From a virus, in the IMG/VR virus record IMGVR_UViG_3300045135_002242, positions 31,790 to 95,789 of that record: 64,000 bases of DNA; one strand, given 5' to 3'. Under the pieces are notes generated by a model that searched no databases, was not told the origin of the DNA, and saw only the letters and a program-made list of their open reading frames with translations. Positions within the stretch are counted from its first letter, which is position 1. Each line of letters opens with the position of its first letter. Below, piece after piece: positions 17,123-27,200 of the stretch. The position numbers were made by a program, and so were the translations under genes.

Positions 17123-20100
17123 ACTCTTTTAGCAGCGCTGGTGTAATAAAGTTCATAAAGTTTTCTGCTGGGCTGTATATTGGAAATACATTTCCTGGCC
17201 CCAGAGAATCTCCATACCAGTCTTTTACTAGGAAAGATTGTTCATGGATACTAGGAAAACCTCCCAAGAAGCCAAACGCAGCAGCGCCAAAAGCGGCTTT
17301 GAGGGGGGCCCTACTACCGCTCTTTATAATAATTCTTTGAATACGCTTAACATATTTTGTGAACATCAAAATACCTACCCGGTTTAGGTACTCTTCTATT
17401 CTGCTGGACGGCTTTGCATAGTTAATAAAATCCTCAACTAGTTCGTACTCTCGTTGTGTTTTAGCCTCCTCAAGAAACTGCTTTCGCTCTGTTCCGGTTA
17501 GGCGTTGTTTAGGCTTATAGTCTTTGCGTTGTTTTTCCAACCACCAAGCCGGTAGCATACGGTGACCATCAGCCTGTTTCTGAGTAATTTTTTTCTCTAA
17601 TTGATTTTGCACATCCCTTGCCATTAAATCATTAGTTTCTAGAAACTCATTTGCAACTCTATAAAACATGGTACGTCTGGTAATAAACAAAATGTCTAAA
17701 CCATCACGTACAAGCTCAGGAGCTTTTTGCAGCTGCTCATCAATAGCACTGGTAATACGGTTAGTATCACGAGCACCCTCATTAGTAACGTCTTCTACGT
17801 TTTGGTCAAGACCCAGTTGAACTAGTTCGTCAATGGGGCTATCTTTCATTCTACGTTTCGTAGCGCCCAGCTCCCCCTGGACCTTAACTAATTCCTGCTC
17901 TACCGCGCTTCTACGCTGGGCCGATAGTACGTCTCTACGCTTAGCCGCATTCAATTCCCTTTCTCTATTTTCCAGTTCCTGTACTCTTTTAACATCTTTG
18001 TCATAAGCCTTAATGTTACGGTAACTTTCTACGTACATTTTTATAACTGTGATTGGGTCATACCCTCTCATTGCGGCGTACACAAGATTAGCAAAAATAT
18101 TACTTAACAAGATAGTTGGCATTTTCAAAAGAATGTTAGTTTTAACAATCTTAATCATTTCCACCCACATCATTTCTGCAAATTTGATAACTTTCATCAA
18201 TACAGGTGGAGTGATTTTTGCCAAGCCAGGGAAATTTGCAATACTGATATGGCTGTAGCCAAAGAATAAGTGGTGCAAGTCTGCTCTTACAGCTAAAGTC
18301 TCATCTGCCCTATTTTGAATAAACTGTTGAAACTCTCTTGGCAGCATGTAGTACAGTTTACGCATTTCTGGGTCAGGAGCTTTAGGCCCAATAATTGTGT
18401 AATCAGTTATCCCATCCTTACCTTTCGATCCTGCATTCCAGTTTTCGTACATATCTTTTTTTAAGATATCTAGTGCTCTGTTGTTGTGCTGAGCACTCAT
18501 ATCCTTATCAAGGAGTGTACCAAAAGATCTAGCCATTACTTCAGATATTCTAGTATCTTGTTTTAACAACTCTTTTTTGGTAGCTTTATCCATCATGTAA
18601 CGGTAATCTACTACTTTCCCGTCTTCATTAATGACAGGCACAACACCAAATACTGTGTCAGTAAAATCGTATTCACCTTCTTCCATTTTCTTTGCACGAG
18701 CCGTAGCTTCTCTTTGGATATTAGCGATATCTCTTTTAGCTCTTTCCTGAATAATTCTACTACCAATATTTCCTGCGTCTTTGTAAGACAAATCAGTAAC
18801 AGTCGTACCTTTAGATTTAATCTGGTTCAGACGTACACCGCCACGTAAACGATCTGGTCTACTAGCTGTGTCAGTAACGTACAGCGCCATAGGTTTGTTT
18901 CTTGAGTCACCTGCCCTAGGAGCTAGCTTAGCCCTAAACACAAAGCCTTGAGCTTCCATAACTGCTCTCTCTTCAAGAGGAGCTACTTCCATCATAATAC
19001 TGTCATCAAAGACTTCACGAGTATAGCCTTTTATCTTGTTAGTCTTTTTACCCTTAAATACAGTCTCGTCAGAGTTTTTCTTAAACCCTTCTACTACATC
19101 AGCAACATGCTGAACACCTTTCCAATCCTTTTCCATAAGATCAGCAACCATCATACGCTGGTCTTTGTCAGTATTCTTAAGTGCAACTAATGTCGCTAGT
19201 TCGTCAATAGCTTTAACAACGTCAGCATTAGGTTTTTTACGATGAGAGCTGTGGATACCACGTGCAATATTAAACGCATTAAGGTTTTGCTCTGGCGTAC
19301 CTCTATGAGTAGCCATGTAAATACCTAAGCCTACTGCCTGGTTAGAGTGCCAGTTATAGTGTTCACCATCAATGTCTTTGAGAGCGCGTTTAGTGTCTTT
19401 AATAAAACGATCCAACGTCTCATCATCAACTAGGAGCTTACGTAGCGTAGCGTTATCATAGATAGTCTTACGAATATCCATATATTTTGCTACTGAATCT
19501 TTACCAAACAAAGCCGCTAAGTCTGTATCTGCAATTACTGCAGTCAGAGCTTCTTCATCTAGTTTAGTAACTTCTGTAGTTTCACCAAACTCGCTAAGAG
19601 TATTCTTACGAACTAGGTCAATCTGGTTGTTACGCAGTTTATCAATGTAACCTGACTGCAGTGCCAAGAACTCAACTACTTTTTGTGTGCTGTCTGTAGC
19701 AAACATACCACCAATAATTTCACGCAACGCACTATCAGGTTTCATACCCCACGCAGTAGCAACCCCACCCATAGCTCTAGTGTATGCTGGGTTAACAATA
19801 GACAACCCAATAAACTTAGCCACCCATGTAACTTTACCGTATAAAGTATCTGGAATAGGTTCTAGCTGTTTACTTACAGCATCGCCTAAAATCTTATTTT
19901 TACCTTTATCTAAAGCTCTAGCAGCCTTATCCTCTAGGCCGTTAACTACGTCAAATACAGCTGTTAAGAAGTTACCTTTTTCTGACAGGTCACGATTAGC
20001 TTTAGTATTAATTTCTCCTAACCTGAAAGCTAGGTTGACTAAAGCGTCATGTACATTGTCGTGTTTTTGTTTTAGCGTAAAACCTTTTAGAATCTCTAAT

Positions 20101-21278
20101 ACTGTGCTAAAGAAATCGTTAATTCTTTCTAGTATACGACGGGTATCTTTGCCTTCTTTAATCTTTACGTATTTAAGAGCATTAGCTACTTCTGGTACTG
20201 CTAGTGCTTTAGCAATAAACTCGTAGTCTGCGTTTTTACCTGTAAAAATGTAGTTATATAACCACTTTGCCTGGGCTTCTTCAGCTACCTTATCGATAGA
20301 CTCCTTAGGCATAAAATTTTTCCAAGTAACTTGTTTACGCGCAGTCTCAATAAAATTTGATAATTGGCGTTTAAGTTTAATGGCTTCAGGTACGTTAGAA
20401 TGCATAGCGGACGCAGTCATGGAGTGAATAACTTCTTCCATGTATATAGATGCTTCTGACTGTTGGTTGCCTTTAGCACGGGGGGCGCTGTTAACAGCCA
20501 TATCAATACGTCTAGCTCTAGCAACACCTTCAGAACGATCTGCATCCTCCTTAACGTATAGCTCTAGAGAGCTAAAGAACTCTGGGGACATACGGTCAAT
20601 TAGGTCTAAGTAAACGTCTAGCTCTTCTTGGCTAGCTTTCTTACCACCTAGCAAGTGCAGTTTCTTAAGCATATTCTTCATATGCTCTTGGCTGCCGTGT
20701 ATGTAGTCTTTATTACGGTATTCTTCTTTCAGCTTCAGCTTTGTGTCACTACTGCCAAACACCACTTCAAGCTGTTTTGCCTGCTCTTGGTTATAGTTGT
20801 AATTATCTAGAAACTTACGCAACCCTGGTATATTAATGTAGGAACCAGGCTTTTTACCCTCAAGGCTTTTGCCATCTGAAGATAAAAGAAAAGTATAAGC
20901 TTCAGGTAACCCATCCCGTAAAAACTCAATACGAATACTGCCGTTGGCAACAAGTTTTGCGCCAAGTAAGGTGCCTTCTTTTACTTTTTTAGACGTACCA
21001 TAAGTAAACTTAAAGGTAGCGCCAAATACTTCTCTAAAAGTACTTTCTAGCAACTCTTGTTTAGCAGTATTCTGTTTTTTTACAGCCCCTTGGGCCTCAA
21101 TATAAGAAATGTTATTCTCTTCGGTAGCTTTCTTGAAAGCGTACAATTCCTCTAGAACTTCTTGAGCCTCAACTGTCTCAATCTCAGCTAAAGTTTTATC
21201 TTTAAGAATTTCTTCGTAGTGTTTGATAAAGTCTTCAACAAGGTTACCAAACATATTTAAACTAGTACAAGAAGACAT
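17106..21278 (-). CDS. Large virion protein, probably the separated C-terminal part of the N4-type vRNAP
   Basis: Zincin-like MEEVIH...YEFIAKAL motif; TAATG-coupled directly behind the vRNAP; combined length 3821 aa. Confidence 0.65.
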   Translation of the reverse strand: MSSCTSLNMFGNLVEDFIKHYEEILKDKTLAEIETVEAQEVLEELYAFKKATEENNISYIEAQGAVKKQNTAKQELLESTFREVFGATFKFTYGTSKKVKEGTLLGAKLVANGSIRIEFLRDGLPEAYTFLLSSDGKSLEGKKPGSYINIPGLRKFLDNYNYNQEQAKQLEVVFGSSDTKLKLKEEYRNKDYIHGSQEHMKNMLKKLHLLGGKKASQEELDVYLDLIDRMSPEFFSSLELYVKEDADRSEGVARARRIDMAVNSAPRAKGNQQSEASIYMEEVIHSMTASAMHSNVPEAIKLKRQLSNFIETARKQVTWKNFMPKESIDKVAEEAQAKWLYNYIFTGKNADYEFIAKALAVPEVANALKYVKIKEGKDTRRILERINDFFSTVLEILKGFTLKQKHDNVHDALVNLAFRLGEINTKANRDLSEKGNFLTAVFDVVNGLEDKAARALDKGKNKILGDAVSKQLEPIPDTLYGKVTWVAKFIGLSIVNPAYTRAMGGVATAWGMKPDSALREIIGGMFATDSTQKVVEFLALQSGYIDKLRNNQIDLVRKNTLSEFGETTEVTKLDEEALTAVIADTDLAALFGKDSVAKYMDIRKTIYDNATLRKLLVDDETLDRFIKDTKRALKDIDGEHYNWHSNQAVGLGIYMATHRGTPEQNLNAFNIARGIHSSHRKKPNADVVKAIDELATLVALKNTDKDQRMMVADLMEKDWKGVQHVADVVEGFKKNSDETVFKGKKTNKIKGYTREVFDDSIMMEVAPLEERAVMEAQGFVFRAKLAPRAGDSRNKPMALYVTDTASRPDRLRGGVRLNQIKSKGTTVTDLSYKDAGNIGSRIIQERAKRDIANIQREATARAKKMEEGEYDFTDTVFGVVPVINEDGKVVDYRYMMDKATKKELLKQDTRISEVMARSFGTLLDKDMSAQHNNRALDILKKDMYENWNAGSKGKDGITDYTIIGPKAPDPEMRKLYYMLPREFQQFIQNRADETLAVRADLHHLFFGYSHISIANFPGLAKITPPVLMKVIKFAEMMWVEMIKIVKTNILLKMPTILLSNIFANLVYAAMRGYDPITVIKMYVESYRNIKAYDKDVKRVQELENRERELNAAKRRDVLSAQRRSAVEQELVKVQGELGATKRRMKDSPIDELVQLGLDQNVEDVTNEGARDTNRITSAIDEQLQKAPELVRDGLDILFITRRTMFYRVANEFLETNDLMARDVQNQLEKKITQKQADGHRMLPAWWLEKQRKDYKPKQRLTGTERKQFLEEAKTQREYELVEDFINYAKPSSRIEEYLNRVGILMFTKYVKRIQRIIIKSGSRAPLKAAFGAAAFGFLGGFPSIHEQSFLVKDWYGDSLGPGNVFPIYSPAENFMNFITPALLKESTYSF

Positions 21279-24200
21279 TATTTACCTTTACATAAATTCT
21301 GAGTAAGATCTGTTAACTGAGGGTAAGTTACGCCGCTAACTTCCATTTCCTTATCAATATTATACCCTTTAGGTTCTAGTTTCTCAACTGGTTTGTGGTT
21401 AATCGTGCCAGCTTCAACCGAGTAAACGCCTTCTGCTGTGCCTGCCATATGCATGATTTTAGCGCCCTTATTAAGGTCACCGTAAAGCTCTTCACGTTTA
21501 GAAGCTACTTCATTAGCCAGCACAGCAAAGCTATTATAGTTACCAATTACAAAGTTCTTAAGAGAAACTTTAATAGGCTTACCCTCTTCATTTTTATCAT
21601 CAATTAAAATCTTACTATATTTGCTTTCACCTGTCGGGATCATATCAGCAAATCTACCGAGGGATTTACCAATTTCATAAATAAAACTATAGTTATTGTT
21701 AACCTCTAGTACTTGCTTATTATACTCTTTTTGCGCTTCTGCCATATGTACTAATGGAGGCATAATCGCATCATGAATTAAAGTAATACCTCGAATATTT
21801 GCTTGGGCCAACCCATTAATAGTTTGTGCCATAATAGCGCCATCAATATAGTGAATAGGTACTACAGAGCCTGCTGCTACTGCTGCAGTCATCTGTTTAA
21901 TCATATGACTAACACGAATATCTTTCTGCCCAAGCTTTTCCTGGAGAGCTTTAGAGAGGTTTGCACGAACGGGTTTACGACCGCCGTAAGAACCGTATGG
22001 AGAACTGGTTTGTACCGCATACACGCCTATGCCATCCCCTTCCATAAACTCTTGTTCCATGTTACTTAGTGGACCTTTAATCATTGGCCACTGCTGCTTC
22101 AGGTCTTCGTAAATCTTGTTTTCCATATCAATGGTGACAGGACCTTTCTTACGAGCTTCTTTCAGCTTCTCTTCAAAGGATACTGAAAACATTTCAAACA
22201 TAGCACGGAACGCAGAGTTTACTTTGTCTTGGGCATTTACAAAGGGCCCAAATTGCTCCATCAAAATCTTTTCAACTTTAGCGCCGTATGACCCTTCAAT
22301 CATCTGAGACAAATATCTATCCATAGAGTACTTAGCCCCAGGCACTCTTATCTGGTGCATAGGTTTATTACGAATAGTATCCTGCAACTCTTCCAAACTC
22401 ATTTTGTCATTAGCGTAAACTTTCATCAAGTTTAGGATAGGCTGGTCTTTTTCTTTAGTACTCTTCAAATCAACTTTAGCCATCTCTTTAGCTAAGCCTG
22501 TCATCATGTCACCAGTAAGAAGATTCTTACGAATAGACTTGATAGACGCAGAATAATTAAATGTCATAAATGGGTATTTGAACAAGTTACGCAACGCTTT
22601 ATCGACATTACCTGCAGTGTCTACTTTAGGTAACGCACCCAGCAAAGCTTCCCATAAGTTTTTATTATAAGGACTATCATTAATGATATTACCTTTTTGT
22701 TCTTTGGTTTCAGCTAATAAGTCTGCAAAAGATTCATCAATATTATCAGAAAACTTAACGTCTTTAGCTAGGGTTTGGTAACTATCTCGCACATTACCTG
22801 AGTCAAGAATATCATTCATACTCTTATCCGTGACAGCTTTTAAAACTTCATCAATATCAAACACCACACCAACTTTCTGCAGCCATTTTTCCCTGTCTGC
22901 AATAATCGGCATTTGCATATTCTTCAAACCAAAACCACTAGTTACTGCGTCAAATTCAGCAGTAATAGCGCTAGTAACTTTACCTTTAAGAGAACCTTCT
23001 ACAAACTTAAACGCCTGAAGTGCATGGCCTAGGTGCTCAATCTCAATACCTAGGGGCTTAAACTTCCCAGTTTTTAGTAGTGCTCGCCTAGCCGCTTTAA
23101 TCCTGGCAGGAGTCTTAAGACGAGTAAGGATTTTCTCCGCAAACTTGTTAATTTTTGCTGTGTCTTTTTTGTCAGTAGCAAAACCAAAAGCTTGCGCTAA
23201 TGCAAAATTAACTTCCTTAGTGACATCTTTTCTGCCAACTTTAAACTTATTACCTTTACGAATATACGTAGCAATATGGGATGCAGGTTGTACTGCAAAA
23301 CGATGTAGGTGCTTATCGGTCTGTGGATTGATAGTGTTGCTATCTACAAAGAAACGACCGTTTTTAGAGAAAAAGTAGTTAAACCACATAGATATAGAGC
23401 TGCCCTTAGACTTAGTCAGCCATTCCATCTCTTCAAATGACTTTTCAATGCCTCGGTTGATAGACTCTTGCACTTCTTTTTCCTCAAAAGAAAGTTCTTC
23501 GTATTCCGAGCTACCAATCTCTATGTACCCTAGACGTATCTTAATCAACTCTTTATTGTCAATCATTTCACGCATTAAATCTAAATCTGCAGTCCACTCA
23601 GTATCCATCGCTTCTTTGATAGCGTCTTGAGAAGGGCCTGGAATATTAAGACCTAGGCGCTCTTTACGAATCTTAGCAACCGCTTTGTTTTTAACCTTAT
23701 CTTTTGGAGGATGAAAACTAGGTTCTTTACGATTAACATCGATGTCAGGAATTACTTCCGCAATTTCTTTAGCGGCTGCAGCAATTTTAGTAAGACGTTG
23801 TTCAGTTTTTTCCTTAGCTTGAATAAAGATAACTTTGGCACCAGCGCCTCTATCTAAACCTTTACCCGTTTTTTTGAGCACTGTCTTTGCAAACTCTGCA
23901 GCGGTTAACGAGTTATCAAGTTCAAGCAATCCATCAGCTACGCCCATAAGCAGCGCAGTCTGGCCAAGATCCGCAACTAATGCATCATAGGATTGGGCAT
24001 CAGATTCACTATCTGATTTACGTGCCAAGCCCAACATGCTAGCAACGTCTTTACCAATGCTATTGGCAATAGTTTTATATAACAGCCCTTTATCACTAAG
24101 CATTTCTACTGCTTCACGACTAATCTGAGTTTCATCAATACCAAGAATCTCAGCAAGATCCGCTTTAGTTTTCTTGCCTTTTTTGAGTAGATAGCCACTG

Positions 24201-27200
24201 TTTTTGATAAAGTTGTTAAGCCCAAGTTGAGCCGCAATAGCAACGTTTTCGTTAACCTTCATGTCTTGGTCAAAAATCAAACTGGACGCTGGGCTATTTG
24301 TAAATGACAAAATACTATTTTTAGTACCGTTAAAATCTAGGTTTGGCTTATCAATAGCAGCCTCAAGAAGCTTAACTGCCTGATTAACCATACTGTTAAA
24401 CTTTACCCCTTGTTTGCCAGCAATACGCATCTCTTTAGCAGGTAAGGTATTAAATGGTGTAGCCTTATTTACTGTTACATAGTTATTAGGATCAAGATCA
24501 AGTACTTGGTAGGATACTTTTACGTTACCATTTTCGTCTTTTGGTAAGTTATAAAGGTTAGTTGTAGGCCTAACAAAATCACCGGTCTTTTCATTAAAAT
24601 AGGTGTAAGCTTTCTTTTTATCTTTACCAATAGCATTATACAGCATATCTTTAGCAATCTGCATAGGCTTGATTCCCAAGGCTTTAGCTGTTTCTTTTAA
24701 CCATTGATTAAAGTCTAGTTCACCACGCTTAGCCTCTTCCTGAGCGCTTTTCCAATCAACTAGGAAATCTTCCCCGTCCATCAATTCTTTAATCTTAGTT
24801 TCTACTTGCTTAGTGCCTTCAATTGCCGCAGCCATGGTTATTTTACCGGCTTTAGCTCTTTCTATTACACTACCCATTGCTTCGCTAAGATCTAAGGATT
24901 CTAGCCCATGTTCTAAAGCAACTTCCAGCAGCTCTTCGTAAACCTCATTAGACTGTTTTGCAGTTTGTGATTTATAGTAATCCCGCATTGCACTAACACC
25001 TTTAGGGAATAAGGCTTTAGCTTCTTCAACAGTCTTATTATATCTATCTGCCTGAGCCTCAGTAACTTCCCCTGCTTCTAGCGCAGATACTATTGTGTCA
25101 CTACTAATAGAGGCTTCTAACTCCATAGCTTTAAGCACACGACGACGTAAACGTACCTTTGCTATTTCAGCTTTCTTAGCTTTAGCTTGTTTGCTTCGAA
25201 TAGGTTCGGCTTTTGCTTTAGGTAAGTACTTAGTGACACCATCTTCTTTAACTTTCTTAAAGTGGTAGTTAGAAAGTAAACGGTGTAAGTAATTATTTTT
25301 ACGAGAACCTGCATCAACAACAATAGTAGCACCGGCTTTGTAGGCTTTTTCAAGTTCTTTACGAACCTTGGAATCTTTACTAAAAGATTTAGCGTTAGTA
25401 TTAATAACTACCACATCATTTTCAGTATACTCACCCGTATTAATCTTAGAGCCATTATCCTGAGCATAGTCACCTTTACTGCCCCACTGAGGACTTGGTG
25501 ATTCTCCTATAATAGCCTTTGTAACACCAACTTTTTCGTAGAATTTGCGGTCTGCGTCACGACTATTTTGTTTGCTTGGGTTAGGACGTACAGTAATACC
25601 TGCAAGAGAACTAGGGTTATCTTTTCCTAAAATTGCGTCTACTTGTTTACCATAGAGCTCTTTGGTACGTGTCAGGTAGTCAATGTTATCTTGAATAGTA
25701 TCGCTTAACGCTTGAGAAGACGGATGTACACTATACACACCATCATTAACAGATACAGATACAAAGTTGTCTTTATAACCAGGAATACGGTAAGTTTTTT
25801 TAGGTTTGACAAAAATAGTTTTACCAGCAGCGGTCTGCTCATTGTAGTTATTTACATCCGCTTTTACCTGATTTAGTACAGAATCGTAGGCTTCTTTACG
25901 AGTTTCCTGAGAAACTAAGAAACGATCCACCTTGTCCACTAACCTAGCGACTGCTTTACGGCTAGGGTTAGGGGTGTTAACAAGAGTGCGGAGCTGATTG
26001 CGATAAGAGCTAGCGCTACGCTCACCAGTGCCCAAGGCCTCTTCGTGTACTGTGTAGGCATCTTTACCTTTAATACGTGCTTTACGGATTGTCTCAAAAC
26101 GTAGCGCAGGAACTTCATTAGCTTCCATGTAGGCTTTAACAGCCTTTTCTTCCTCAGCAGTAATATCTAGTTGCCCGTCTTTAACATCCATAGTGTTAAC
26201 AAACTCAGTAACTACGTCTTCAGGAGTAAAGCCTGACCCAAGAGTAGGTTGGTCTTCATCAGTTAAAAAGTTACGGAAAATTTCACGTTTAGATTTACGG
26301 AGCAGCTTAAGAGCTTCTTCGTCAGTATCTTTAGCATTCTCCTGTCCCCTACGAGACTCGAGAACTGCTTCTGCTTTTTCGATTTCATCGTAAGCAGCGC
26401 GATATCCTGTAGAATCTTTTTTCAGCTCTTCAACTAGGTTAGGTGTCGGTACTACGGATTCATCCGCATCTGCAAACATGGTAGCTGCAGCTTCTGTATC
26501 ACTAAACATAGAACTGTATTTAGCAACAGTTTTGTCCGCAAAAGTATCAGCAGCTTCACGTCTAGCTGTAATCTCTTCCTCAGATGGCTCTTCTTCAGCT
26601 ACCTGAGTGTCATATACAGAAGGTTCTGGTGCAGTAGCAGATTCAGACTTTTTAATTTTTTCCCCAAGTGCTCCGCCTGCTTTGCTAATCCCACCCACAA
26701 CTTCTGCTGTAGCAGGTAGTACTGCACCAATAGCCTCAAACTGTGGGGCACCTCCGGCACCTGCTAGCGCTGCTATACCAGCTTCTGTAGTATTACGCTC
26801 GTCCTGCAAAAAAGCCGTAAATTCTTCCACATCGCTAAACTTCTCTGACCCGTACCTAGAGTTGAACAACTCCATCATAGTTTGCGAGTATTCTTGTGCT
26901 GCCTCTTTACCCATATTTATTGCCGTAGCAGCACTACCTGCAGCCATTGCTTTAGCTACTTGAGCGAACTCACGGTTGGTCATTGCTTTTACTGCAGGAA
27001 TTGCAGATGCAATCATCCCAGGATTTTTAATAATACTAAAATCAACCAGTTTATCTAGGTTCTGGTTTACCATTTGAACAGCAAAACGCCCAGCAAACCA
27101 CTTAGCCTTCTCAGCACCCTCTAGCTCTACACCATTGTTGTTTTTAACAAATTCATTATATTGACTATTCACCTGCCCCATAGCAGAAACCATAAAACCA